Shown here in pieces: positions 1 through 9,716 of a DNA stretch of 64,000 nucleotides. How positions within the stretch are numbered: position 1 is the first letter of the stretch; each line of letters opens with the position of its first letter. The notes beneath the pieces are model-generated. The model saw nothing but the letters and a program-made list of their open reading frames with translations, had not been told where the DNA came from and did no database searches. Position numbers and translations under genes: made by a program. Source of the stretch: Spirochaetota bacterium (GTDB lineage Bacteria > Spirochaetota > B62-G9 > DRHN01); contig JAFGTF010000145.1 in NCBI GenBank assembly GCA_016934265.1, forward strand, positions 5,643-69,642, given 5' to 3'.

Positions 1-110
1 CTTGGGAGACGGTAACGGGATCAGGATCCCGGTCGCGATTTTCGTCGGATCGTATGCCGAATTTAACCGGGAGAGTAACGTTCGATGAAACCACCGAAAG
101 GATTGCGATT

Positions 111-857
111 ATGAAGAACAAAGGCTCGAGGGTATGTGCGGTAACGGGCGGAGCGAGCGGAATAGGACTGTCCATCGCCGAGTATCTATGCGGGAACGGG
201 TATACGGTCGGCATCGTGGACCTGAAGATCGATTCCCTTAATTCGCTTTTTAAGAGCGAGATAAAAAGCGGGAAAATAGCGGCGGCGAAAGCGGATATCA
301 CGAGCCAAAAGGAGGTTGAAAACGCTTTCGACGCAATACGAAACGATCTCGGCGGTGTGGACGTTTTAATAAACAGCGCGGGTGTTCTCGTAAGTAAAAG
401 CTTTTTAAAAGAGGATGAAAACGATTGGGACCGGGTCGTGAACGTGAACTTGAAGGGCGCGTATCTTTGCTGCAAAGCGGTTGTTCCGGGAATGATTAAA
501 AACAACTTCGGTAGAATAGTGAGCATATCATCCATCAGCGGCTTGAAACAGGCCGTTTTTTCCAGCACTGCGTACTGTGCTTCGAAAGCGGGGATCATCG
601 GATTCAGCAGGTGTCTCGCGGCCCAGCTGGCCGGAAACAATATCCGGGTCAACTGCGTGGCGCCGAGCACGACACTGACGCCGATGATAGATGTGTTGGA
701 TGAAAAAACCAAGAACGATTATAAAGAGGCCGTTCCTTTGGGCCGTCTCGCGAAACCGGAGGACATCGTGTACGCGGTCGATTTCCTCATCTCCGACAGG
801 TCGGACTATATCACGGGAGAAACGCTGAATGTAAACGGCGGTTTGCTTATGCGATGA
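111..857 (+). CDS. SDR family NAD(P)-dependent oxidoreductase
   Basis: Gly-rich dinucleotide motif TGGASGIG near the N-terminus, NSAG, and catalytic Y-x3-K (YCASK). The ATG at 111 is preceded by an AAAGGA RBS; the ORF frame opens at 54. Confidence 0.8.
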   Translation: MKNKGSRVCAVTGGASGIGLSIAEYLCGNGYTVGIVDLKIDSLNSLFKSEIKSGKIAAAKADITSQKEVENAFDAIRNDLGGVDVLINSAGVLVSKSFLKEDENDWDRVVNVNLKGAYLCCKAVVPGMIKNNFGRIVSISSISGLKQAVFSSTAYCASKAGIIGFSRCLAAQLAGNNIRVNCVAPSTTLTPMIDVLDEKTKNDYKEAVPLGRLAKPEDIVYAVDFLISDRSDYITGETLNVNGGLLMR

Positions 858-885
858 AACCGGCTCGCCCTGCAAAACGCGCAGG

Positions 886-1989
886 TCAAAAGAGGGGGAT
901 TGCGATCCGTTTCCCGTCCCGAAGCGCCGATTCATGCGCACAAATCCCCGTGCAGGTCCAGTTTGCGGCTTTTTCGGCGTCTATGTAGGAATCTCTATTC
1001 TCCACGATCGAATTGACGAATTCGTTGACCAGGTGGGGATGAGACCCTCCATGATATCCCTTGCCTTGATTGAACGATCGGTGCGGCGTGTCTTCGTCGT
1101 ATACTCCCTCTTTCGTGAATCGCGCTATTTCTTTCGGGAGCATGTCCGCCGTATCGGGCACCTGAATCCGTTGTGCGGTTTCTCCGCCCGTATGTAAAAC
1201 GGGAAGTCCGTCTTCGAGAAGATTCCATTCGAACGACAGTTTCTCGCCGTACACGTCGAAGCTTTCTATATATTGACGGGCAACGTCATAAAGCTCCCTC
1301 GTCACCTCGGCGATGATATCCGAGTCTTTGATACCGATATGCGCTGTTTCCACCGCATAGGGTGAGTTGTGAATTTTGACGAGTGATTCGTTGATCCGCC
1401 CCGAGCCGTGACAAACCACCCATTCCGCTTCCTTGTCCAGGAGAGAAAGAAGAGGGCTCACCGCATGCGTTGCGTAGTGCATGGGAGGAAGGCCGTTCCA
1501 GTAGTCGGGCCAGCCGTACATATCCTGGAGATGCGCCCCCCTGATGAACTGTACCTTTCCGAGCTTGCCGGCGGTATAGAGTTTTTTTACATGGAGGAAC
1601 TCCCGCGTGTACACGGAGGTCTCCATCATCATATACACTTTTTTCGCTTTTCTCCTGGCTTCGATAACCGTCCTGCAATCTTCGACTGTTGTCGCCATCG
1701 GTACCGTACAGGCGACGTGCTTTCCCGCGGAAAACGCGTCGACTGTCATACCGGGGTGATAGGATATTGGAGTCACTATATGCACGGCGTCGAGCTCTTT
1801 TATTTTCAGCATATCCCGATAGTCCGTGAATCTGCGTTCGACGCCGAAACTTTCTCCCCATCGGTTCAAAATCTCTTCGTCGGTATCGCAAACCGCGTAC
1901 AGCTCGCTGTTCGGATGATGCTGGTATATTTTTGCGAAGTTGGCTCCGAAACCGAGGCCCGCCACTCCTACCCGAACTTTTCTTTCCAT
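886..1989 (-). CDS. Gfo/Idh/MocA family oxidoreductase
   Basis: N-terminal Rossmann motif VGVAGLGFGANF is typical of the Gfo/Idh/MocA family. Length about 367 aa. An AAGGAG RBS lies 6 nt upstream of the ATG. Confidence 0.8.
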   Translation of the reverse strand: MERKVRVGVAGLGFGANFAKIYQHHPNSELYAVCDTDEEILNRWGESFGVERRFTDYRDMLKIKELDAVHIVTPISYHPGMTVDAFSAGKHVACTVPMATTVEDCRTVIEARRKAKKVYMMMETSVYTREFLHVKKLYTAGKLGKVQFIRGAHLQDMYGWPDYWNGLPPMHYATHAVSPLLSLLDKEAEWVVCHGSGRINESLVKIHNSPYAVETAHIGIKDSDIIAEVTRELYDVARQYIESFDVYGEKLSFEWNLLEDGLPVLHTGGETAQRIQVPDTADMLPKEIARFTKEGVYDEDTPHRSFNQGKGYHGGSHPHLVNEFVNSIVENRDSYIDAEKAANWTCTGICAHESALRDGKRIAIPLF

Positions 1990-2111
1990 ACATGCTCCTT
2001 ATTTCTCACTTCGGATTTCCGGTGAGCGGCACGGCGCCGTACGAACGATACCGGCGATTCGGCTTTCCGATTCCACCGTTCGGGGTGATGATTTTCACAT
2101 CGGCAAAAAAA

Positions 2112-3518
2112 TCATCCCGGTTTTTTATCTTCCCTGAATCCCTGGTACAGCGATTCCGAGACGTACTCTTCATGCTGCTCCACCGGCGACATCGTGGAGA
2201 TCTCCTCCCAGGGCTCGCGATAGTCGATCGATCCGGCGTATCGAACGACCTCATCCATGTTTTCGAATACTTTCCTGAACGCGTCTATCATCATGTCAAT
2301 GACTTTTTTCGATGTGCTGGGATAGGTAAAGCGGGCGTCCAATGCGAGCGAGCGGCGCAACACATCCAGGGTGTTCGGATAATCCTCTATTCTATACGCC
2401 ACGTCACGTCCGTACGGGCAGGTCCAGGGGCACCCCTTCCCATAGCCGCGCTTGACCTGAAACAGGGATTGTCCAGGAACCGGCGTATGCTGCGATAATC
2501 GAACGAACACGCCTTCGGCACGAAGGATATCCTGTACCGCCTGGCGGAACCTTCCCGCAGGGATTTTTTCTGCCCCCGCCGCTTGCGGATCGACTTTGAA
2601 GTAGTAGATATAATACGCGTGTGTTCTATCCAAGGGAACATACGGCGGTATAACGCCGTCGATCTCTGCAAGCGCGCCGGAGATATATGCGCCGTTTTCA
2701 TGGCGGACACGTACGTTGTCGTCCAATCTCTTCAGCTGGCTTCGAATCATCGCGGCGACGAGCGGATTCATTCTGTAATTCCATCCCATGGTATACGCAT
2801 TGTATTGTCTTTGCCGTCCTGCTTCGATGATCTCCCCGAACATCCTGACCATATCAGCCAGATCCCGGTATCCCTTGTCGTTCGTACAAACCAGCCCTCC
2901 TTCGCCCGCGCCGGGCAGCGGCTTCAGGGGCATTGTGCTGGCGCCGCTGATGTCGCCGAGGTTGCCCGCTTTCCGGCCTTTGTACGTCGCGCCGCCGGCC
3001 TGTGCGGCGTCTTCTATCACTACGAGATCATGCGCCCTGGCGATGGGATATATCTCATCGTAATCGGCGGGCAGACCGTGATAGTCGACCGGCATGATCG
3101 CTTTCGTTTTATCCGTGATCTTTTCAGCAATCTTCCTGTAATCGATGTTGTACGTTTCGGGATCGATATCCACGAACACCGGAATTGCATTATGATGCAT
3201 CACGCTCGTCGCAGAGGCGAGGAATGTGAGAGAGGGGATGATGACTTCGTCACCGGGTTCTATCCCGATCCCCGCGACACAGCCGTGAAGAGCCGACGTG
3301 CCGCTGTTGAACGCCAGGCAGTATTCGGTGCCGGTATATTCCGCGTATTCCTTTTCCAAGGCCGCCGTTTCAGGGTGGTCTTTGCCCCAGAAATTTCCGC
3401 TGTCGATAACACGTATGAGCGCGGCTTTGTCTTCTTTTGTGACTACCGGCCAGTCCTTCGCAATTTCGATGTCCTCCGGTATGGATCTCGGACCCCCGTT
3501 GATTGCAAGTTTCGCCAT
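2112..3518 (-). CDS. DegT/DnrJ/EryC1/StrS family PLP-dependent sugar aminotransferase
   Basis: N-terminal LAINGG, an FNSGTSAL-like segment, and the DAAQAGGA...G motif are characteristic of sugar aminotransferases. Start chosen at the ATG with a GGGAGG RBS; the ORF track extends to a GTG at 3566. Confidence 0.75.
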   Translation of the reverse strand: MAKLAINGGPRSIPEDIEIAKDWPVVTKEDKAALIRVIDSGNFWGKDHPETAALEKEYAEYTGTEYCLAFNSGTSALHGCVAGIGIEPGDEVIIPSLTFLASATSVMHHNAIPVFVDIDPETYNIDYRKIAEKITDKTKAIMPVDYHGLPADYDEIYPIARAHDLVVIEDAAQAGGATYKGRKAGNLGDISGASTMPLKPLPGAGEGGLVCTNDKGYRDLADMVRMFGEIIEAGRQRQYNAYTMGWNYRMNPLVAAMIRSQLKRLDDNVRVRHENGAYISGALAEIDGVIPPYVPLDRTHAYYIYYFKVDPQAAGAEKIPAGRFRQAVQDILRAEGVFVRLSQHTPVPGQSLFQVKRGYGKGCPWTCPYGRDVAYRIEDYPNTLDVLRRSLALDARFTYPSTSKKVIDMMIDAFRKVFENMDEVVRYAGSIDYREPWEEISTMSPVEQHEEYVSESLYQGFREDKKPG

Positions 3519-3613
3519 CTCCTGTACCTCCCGTATTGTATGATAAAAAGCTGTTTCGTCCGGCACGGCGAATCAACCCGCTTTTACCGGCCGCCTATCT
3601 TCTTCTTCGCAAT

Positions 3614-4639
3614 TCAAACGGACTTTCGTACGTTTTTATTGTAATGGTCGATTGCGTGCAGCATCTCCTTTATGTTCTCGAGAGGAGCTTCCGGGGGAAA
3701 ACCGCATGAGGCGGCCAGAAAATCGACTCCTGCATGAATACACTCGAGAGAACTGTCGAACACCTCCCGCTTCGTGCCTTCGAGTATGTGCGTGACGGTC
3801 GGGACCGAGCCTATCAGTTTCATTCTGTTCCCGAGTACGTTTTTAACCTGTTCGACGCTGACCGGCGGCGAGTCGAATGAAAAACCGAAAAATCCCGAAT
3901 CGGGGATATGTTTCAAGAGCGGGCTCGTATTGCCGCATATATGAAGATACACCGGCCCCCGTATGCTGTCGGAGAGCTTTCTGTATACCGGAATGATAAA
4001 CCGCTTGAACGTCTCGCCGGTCAGCCCCTGGCAGAACGGATCGCTGAGATGAATTACATCGCCCCCGCTTCGCAACGCCTCGTTTCCGAACAGTATGCAC
4101 AGGTCCGACAATTTGTCCAGCACTTCGACCGCCCGGGCAGGCTCTTTTATCATCATTTTATACATCTTGTTTACGCCGACGGACAGGCAGGCCACGTCCA
4201 GAGGCCCGCACACCACGGGCACTATTACGATGTCGTCTTTATACCTGTTCCTGACGATACCGATCGCCTTGAATATTTCCGGGAACCTGCCTTTTTTCAA
4301 GATACCGCCGTCTACTCGTATTTCATCGATATCGGAAAACGCGGGCTCTTTGGGCTCTGGAATATCCGTTATCTTGTCTCCGAGGGATGAGGTCCCACCC
4401 AGCGCCTCCAATTCGGCGCAGTGATCCCAATGCAGCATCACCGAGTTGAATCCGGTCGTATCGTGAATGGCCCCCGCGATTTTAGCCATCTCTTCTCCAT
4501 CGTAGTGGCCTTTCGGCCAATACGCGCCGGCGGATTTCATCATATCGACCACGGGGGTGCTGAAAATAATGGTACGGGGGAAATATCCGGGCTCCTCACC
4601 GTTGATAATCCCGAAAACCTCTTCTTTTGGGCTCAGCAT
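3614..4639 (-). CDS. uroporphyrinogen decarboxylase (URO-D) family protein, MtaA/CmuA-like
   Basis: About 340 aa with URO-D-like N-terminal organisation (GEEPGYFPRTI...MMKSAGAYWP) and overall (beta/alpha)8 URO-D family pattern. Confidence 0.55.
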   Translation of the reverse strand: MLSPKEEVFGIINGEEPGYFPRTIIFSTPVVDMMKSAGAYWPKGHYDGEEMAKIAGAIHDTTGFNSVMLHWDHCAELEALGGTSSLGDKITDIPEPKEPAFSDIDEIRVDGGILKKGRFPEIFKAIGIVRNRYKDDIVIVPVVCGPLDVACLSVGVNKMYKMMIKEPARAVEVLDKLSDLCILFGNEALRSGGDVIHLSDPFCQGLTGETFKRFIIPVYRKLSDSIRGPVYLHICGNTSPLLKHIPDSGFFGFSFDSPPVSVEQVKNVLGNRMKLIGSVPTVTHILEGTKREVFDSSLECIHAGVDFLAASCGFPPEAPLENIKEMLHAIDHYNKNVRKSV

Positions 4640-4765
4640 GTCGGTGCGTATCCTTTATTGGTGGTAATGGTTGCGACAGTTTCAATAACAGATTATAACT
4701 CCTTTCAGGGCGGAACACGCCGTGTATTCGTACCATATGTCGACGGTTCGCCAATGGACGGGTTC

Positions 4766-5860
4766 TTATTTACAGCCGTTTTCTATGAACTTCTTCATGC
4801 TCGCGGTCTCTTCTTTGTTCAGATAGCCGGATGTAACCGAAAGCCGGACGGACTTACCCCCTGGTATACTCTTGACATTGCCCTTTTCTTTCTCCCGTGT
4901 ATAGCCTGCCGGGTCACAGGTCGACGGCAGCACCAATCCGAGCACCTCATAGTCCTCATTCCTCCATATCCAGCGTACCGCGTGATCGAGAAGATCCGGC
5001 TTATAATTGACGTAGTTGCCGGATCCGTCTTCGAGGATTTGTAAAAAATGCGCCCAGCCGTCTTTATCCACCTTCGGTTTACGGATGAAGTAGTTTATCT
5101 CGGGGTCGTAAATATCATCCTTTTTGAATTCCTGCGTCAACGAGGGGTTACGTTTCAGGTTGTCGAGCAGCTCGCGCTTTTGTTTCGACAATTTTTCCTG
5201 CTCGTGCAGATGGTCGGTGCTTAGTACGATATCCTTATCCGACCAGCCGAGGCTCTGAACGATGGAACAGCCCGCTTCCGCTCTGAAATTGATATGGCAC
5301 ATGTACATGAGATCCATAGGCTGGTGAAGCAGGTTGCGGATCTCGATCGAGATATCCAGCACATCGCTGTTTTCGTACAGCTTGACGAGCGGTCGTGCAT
5401 GATAATTCGGCGCGAAGGTGGGCAAGTGCTCGTAGGTACCGGAGACTCCCATATATCCGCCTTTGGCATCTTCTCCGATCACGAGTTCCGCACTTTGATA
5501 GTCCGCATATGGAAGCTCCCCGTGCAGGGGGTGGTCGTCTTCCGGTCCGGGACATCCCATTCTGAGGGCGCCGCAGTGCATCATGAGGCAGCCGTAGGAA
5601 TCGAGAAAGAAATCCGTCTCTATCGGCTCGTTTATCACCGTTTTCATTTTCAAGCTCCTGCTATTGAAAACGGCATCCCAAATCTGCTGGCCTTTAAACG
5701 GCAATACGGTAATAAAACCATCCGAGTTTTTGATTCGTACGGCATGGATTCCGCTTCGGTATTTGAAGAGAGAAGCTTCCAGCGTATGAAATTGCAGCAG
5801 GGTCTTCTCCTTCTCGCCGAAAAAGTTTTTTTCAAGGTTTATGACAGTCTCATCTTTCAT
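4766..5860 (-). CDS. hypothetical protein, possibly DUF4432/aldose-1-epimerase-like
   Basis: 364-aa ORF with a GGAGAG RBS, separated by 17 nt from the upstream gene. The family assignment is tentative and based on size and context only. Confidence 0.35.
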   Translation of the reverse strand: MKDETVINLEKNFFGEKEKTLLQFHTLEASLFKYRSGIHAVRIKNSDGFITVLPFKGQQIWDAVFNSRSLKMKTVINEPIETDFFLDSYGCLMMHCGALRMGCPGPEDDHPLHGELPYADYQSAELVIGEDAKGGYMGVSGTYEHLPTFAPNYHARPLVKLYENSDVLDISIEIRNLLHQPMDLMYMCHINFRAEAGCSIVQSLGWSDKDIVLSTDHLHEQEKLSKQKRELLDNLKRNPSLTQEFKKDDIYDPEINYFIRKPKVDKDGWAHFLQILEDGSGNYVNYKPDLLDHAVRWIWRNEDYEVLGLVLPSTCDPAGYTREKEKGNVKSIPGGKSVRLSVTSGYLNKEETASMKKFIENGCK

Positions 5861-5877
5861 TTGTTCTCTCCATTCTT

Positions 5878-6978
5878 TTAATCCTGCAGCTCATGCAGCG
5901 TTTCGGACATCGTTTCGAGGAACGGGGTGCACATCTCTTCGAAAATATTCCCCATGTTGCCGATCTGAAAGAGGTTTAGGTCTTTGAGGTGTCCCTTTCC
6001 GGGGTATACGGTATAGCCCTTAACCTCCATCCTTTGCACGAAGTCGTCCATATCGATATATTCCGGCAGCAGTACCGATGTTATGGTATTCGACGCGTCC
6101 TTCTCGTCGATGAACATCCGAAGCCCCATTTTCTTTACGCCATCACGCAGTATCCGGGCGCATCTTTTGTACCGTGCAATACGCTCCTCCATACCCTCGT
6201 CGAGAAGTTCCTTTACGGCGGCATCCAGCGCAAAAAACTGTGTCGTCGAGGGAGTATTCGTGGTCTGGTGGTACTGTTCGGACATATCGTACAACCGCAG
6301 AAGATTGAGATATGCCGTTTTCGGCCTGTTGTTTCTCATCTCCTCCAGTTTCGACCTCTTGGCACATATTATGCCCACGCCCGGGAGGCTGCCGAGGCAT
6401 TTGTTCGAGGAGCATGTGCAGAAATCTATGTTGTCTCTTAAAACGTCGACGTCCTCTCCCCCGAGCGCGCTCACCGCATCGACGATATACGTCTTATTAT
6501 ACTTACCGGCCAGCGTTCCGATCTCCTGCACCGGATTTATAAAGCTCGCAGCCGATTCCTGAAACGTCATGATGATCGCGCTGATTTTCGGATTTTTCTT
6601 CAGCAGTTCTTCTACTTCCGCCGGGTCCGGTCTCACCCCGTACTCGTACCGCAGCACGGTTTTTTCAATACGATGAATATCGAGCATCTCTTGTAGGCGA
6701 TCGCCGAACTCGCCGTTAGTCAGAAGCAGGGCGTGATGCGTATTTCCGAAATACGATGAAATCACCGCTTCATTGGCGGCGGTTCCCGATCCGGTGATCA
6801 GAAGGACTGTATAACGATCGTCGGCCCTGTATACCTTCAGCAGGTTTCTCTGCAGGTTCTGCAGCACCGCCGTGAATTCAGGCACCCTGTGCCCGATATC
6901 GTCGTGCAGCAGCGCGTTTCGAACGTTGTCCGAGACCATGACCGGTCCCGGTGAAAACAGAAAATGTGTTTTGGCCAT
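5878..6978 (-). CDS. class V aminotransferase (PhnW/AGXT-like, PLP-dependent)
   Basis: FSPGP near the N-terminus and a PLP-lysine motif SSNKCLGSLPGVG resembling the PhnW SANKC...PG.G motif. Confidence 0.65.
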   Translation of the reverse strand: MAKTHFLFSPGPVMVSDNVRNALLHDDIGHRVPEFTAVLQNLQRNLLKVYRADDRYTVLLITGSGTAANEAVISSYFGNTHHALLLTNGEFGDRLQEMLDIHRIEKTVLRYEYGVRPDPAEVEELLKKNPKISAIIMTFQESAASFINPVQEIGTLAGKYNKTYIVDAVSALGGEDVDVLRDNIDFCTCSSNKCLGSLPGVGIICAKRSKLEEMRNNRPKTAYLNLLRLYDMSEQYHQTTNTPSTTQFFALDAAVKELLDEGMEERIARYKRCARILRDGVKKMGLRMFIDEKDASNTITSVLLPEYIDMDDFVQRMEVKGYTVYPGKGHLKDLNLFQIGNMGNIFEEMCTPFLETMSETLHELQD

Positions 6979-7082
6979 GCGAAGCCCTTTTAAAATCGAG
7001 ATTTTAGTCGATGAAACCGTTACACCGCCTCAAACCAACCGTCTCACGGCGCCTCTATCGGCACGATATTCTCGTACCGACG

Positions 7083-8573
7083 CTATGTGTATACTTCGAT
7101 GGTCTTTTTCAGCGCATTCGACCACCCGCTGTACAGTTCTTCCCTCTCCGATTCGGCCATGGATGGTTCATACGTCTTGTGAATTTTCCAGACGGATTGT
7201 ACTTCTTCGAGGCTTTTCCAAAAGCCGACTTTCAGTCCGGCGATGAATGCGGTTCCGAGACACGTCGTCTCCGTCACCTCGGGGACAATGACGGGTATGC
7301 CTAAGATGTCCGCCTGAAACTGCATGAGGAAGGCATTTCGAACCGCGCCGCCGTCCGCTTTCATCCGCGATACCTTAAGACCCGTATCATCTTCCATCAT
7401 GCCGATCATATCCCGAACCTGGTACGCGATTGATTCGAGAGTCGCACGCGCTAGGTGCGCCTTCGTGACGGCACGTGTCAAGCCGATGATCGTTCCCCTG
7501 GTCCGGTAATCCCAGTAGGGAGCGGTTACCCCGACGAATGTCGGGACGAAATACACTCCCATGGTGTTCTTTACGCTTACCGCCAGTTTTTCTATGTCGG
7601 ACGCGGAATCGATAATTCCGAGCCCGTCTCGCAGCCACTGGATCGCCGCGCCGGTGATATATACCGCGCCTTCCTCCGCATAAGTAATCTTATTCTCGAG
7701 GCCCAGGGCGATGGTTACCGTCATTCCGTTTTTGGAAGAGGTTATCTCGTCACCGGTGATGAGATATATACCGCAGCTCGTGCCGTACGTCGTCTTGGAA
7801 TCGCCCTTCTCGAAGCATGCCTGGCCGAAGATCGCACCCTGCTGGTCTACGACGATGCCGGTTATCGGAGCCTCTATACCGAGGAAGATCTTCGGGTCAG
7901 TGGTACCGAAATAATATGAGGAAGGCTTCGGATCCGCCAGAATTTCACGGGGTATCGAAAATTCACGAAGCAGCGCATCGTCCCATTGTTTCGTTCTGAG
8001 ATTGAACAACATGGTCCGAGACGCGGACGTGTAATCGGTAAAAAAGCCCGCCCCTCCGGTCAACCGCCATACAACCCAGGTATCAAGGGTGCTTGCCCTG
8101 ACGCGTCCTTTGGGTAATCCGGCCCGTATTTCGGGCACATTCCGTAAAAGCCACTCGATTTTCGTACTCGAAAAAACGGGATCGATATTCAGACCCGTTT
8201 TTTCAGTAATTTCGGCGGAGAGTTTCTCGCCTATTTTATCGCATCTGTCCGCGGTTCTTCTATCCTGCCACACGATATTATTGTAATACGGAGTACCGGT
8301 TTCGGGGTCCCACGCGACGACGGATTCTCCTTGATGGCTGATTCCCACCGCTTCGATCTTTCCCTTGTCAACTTTTGAAACGGACAGAGCCTCCTGCACG
8401 GTATCGAGGAGCAAATTCCATATCACATCCGGATCCTGCTCCACCCAATCCGGGTGCGGGAAGACGAGCGATATTTCCCTGCTTCCGGAGCCTTGGATAT
8501 TGCTTTCTCTGTCGACGATAATCGCTTTTATTCCCGTCGTCCCTATGTCGATTCCAAGAATATACCCCGACAT
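7083..8573 (-). CDS. FGGY family carbohydrate kinase (glycerol/xylulose kinase-like)
   Basis: The N-terminal YILGIDIGTTGIKA motif is the actin-like ATPase signature of FGGY kinases. About 500 aa. ATG at 8573 with a GGAGG RBS; the ORF frame extends to 8615. Confidence 0.8.
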   Translation of the reverse strand: MSGYILGIDIGTTGIKAIIVDRESNIQGSGSREISLVFPHPDWVEQDPDVIWNLLLDTVQEALSVSKVDKGKIEAVGISHQGESVVAWDPETGTPYYNNIVWQDRRTADRCDKIGEKLSAEITEKTGLNIDPVFSSTKIEWLLRNVPEIRAGLPKGRVRASTLDTWVVWRLTGGAGFFTDYTSASRTMLFNLRTKQWDDALLREFSIPREILADPKPSSYYFGTTDPKIFLGIEAPITGIVVDQQGAIFGQACFEKGDSKTTYGTSCGIYLITGDEITSSKNGMTVTIALGLENKITYAEEGAVYITGAAIQWLRDGLGIIDSASDIEKLAVSVKNTMGVYFVPTFVGVTAPYWDYRTRGTIIGLTRAVTKAHLARATLESIAYQVRDMIGMMEDDTGLKVSRMKADGGAVRNAFLMQFQADILGIPVIVPEVTETTCLGTAFIAGLKVGFWKSLEEVQSVWKIHKTYEPSMAESEREELYSGWSNALKKTIEVYT

Positions 8574-8659
8574 GACGCCTCCGTAACCGTTAGCCGTGTA
8601 CCGCAATCCTCCCAACCGCCTGTTTCCTCGATCCGAAATACCACCGCATAAAACCGGTA

Positions 8660-9460
8660 TCAGTGCGCGGGTTCCGGAAACGTCTCTTCGACGTACCAGT
8701 TCGCGGTAAGCCCGCAGTCCACCACAAGATACGATCCCGTTATCGCCGACGCGTCGTCGGAAGCGAGGAACGCGAACGCCGCCGCAACCTCTTCGACTTT
8801 CACCATCCGGTGCATCGGCGTGCGTTTGAAATCTCCCTTCAGATACTTCAGATTATTCACGCTCACCGAATTATCGAGCATCGGGGTGTACGTCCAGCCC
8901 GGACACACGGCGGCGACACGAATATTATGCTCGGCGAGCTCTATGGCCATCATCCTGTTGAGGCCCAAGAGCCCCGCTTTCGAGGAGTTGTAGCTCGCGA
9001 TGAGCCCGTCTCCTCCGAGCGCGTCCATGGAAGCGTTTATGAGGATGACGCCGCCGCCCGTTTTCGCCATTTCACGTCCCACGCGCTGCGACCAGAGGAA
9101 CGTTCCCTTAAGGTTCGTATCGACGACCATGTCCCAGTTTTCCTCGATTACTTCGAGGAAGGGTGCCGCGTGATCCACGCCTGCGTTGTTGATCAGGATG
9201 TCGATACGTCTCCACCTTTTCATCGCCGCATCCACGGCTGCCTGGACCTCGTCTGATTTGGTAACATCGGAGGTGTAATACCAGGCCTTTTTTCCTTGCG
9301 CCGTGATTTTCGATACCGTATCCTCCAACGGTTTTTTTCTCCTGCCGGTAATCAGCACTTCGGCTCCCTCGTCGGCAAAACGAAACGCGGTCGCCTGCCC
9401 GATGCCGGTTCCGGCGCCGGTGATTATTACGTTTTTTCCGGTGTACCTTTTACTGTCCAT
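8660..9460 (-). CDS. SDR family oxidoreductase
   Basis: VIITGAGTGIGQA dinucleotide motif, NNAG, and a Y-x3-K catalytic signature. Confidence 0.8.
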   Translation of the reverse strand: MDSKRYTGKNVIITGAGTGIGQATAFRFADEGAEVLITGRRKKPLEDTVSKITAQGKKAWYYTSDVTKSDEVQAAVDAAMKRWRRIDILINNAGVDHAAPFLEVIEENWDMVVDTNLKGTFLWSQRVGREMAKTGGGVILINASMDALGGDGLIASYNSSKAGLLGLNRMMAIELAEHNIRVAAVCPGWTYTPMLDNSVSVNNLKYLKGDFKRTPMHRMVKVEEVAAAFAFLASDDASAITGSYLVVDCGLTANWYVEETFPEPAH

Positions 9461-9716
9461 CGTACCCTCCTCTGTGTACGGATAACCCTGAAACGATATA
9501 TACGCGCGCGGCCAGCCGCTGCATGTTCGTACGGCAAACGCGCAACGCCCCCCTCTTTCTTGTGGGATGATATAGAGACATAGATTGATGCCGTCTCTAT
9601 ATGATACTATACATCCTCAAGACCGGCCTCAGAAACGATCTGTCTGTTGCCGCCGTATACTATGGGTATTCTCTCAATGAAACACGAGCTTTTTTATTGC
9701 CGCTTGTCGTTTCCGC

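Noticed and set aside
2583-3644. 353-aa + strand ORF overlapping the DegT aminotransferase gene
   Set aside because: It is antisense to a gene with clear PLP-aminotransferase motifs. Composition is Arg/His-rich, typical of shadow ORFs.
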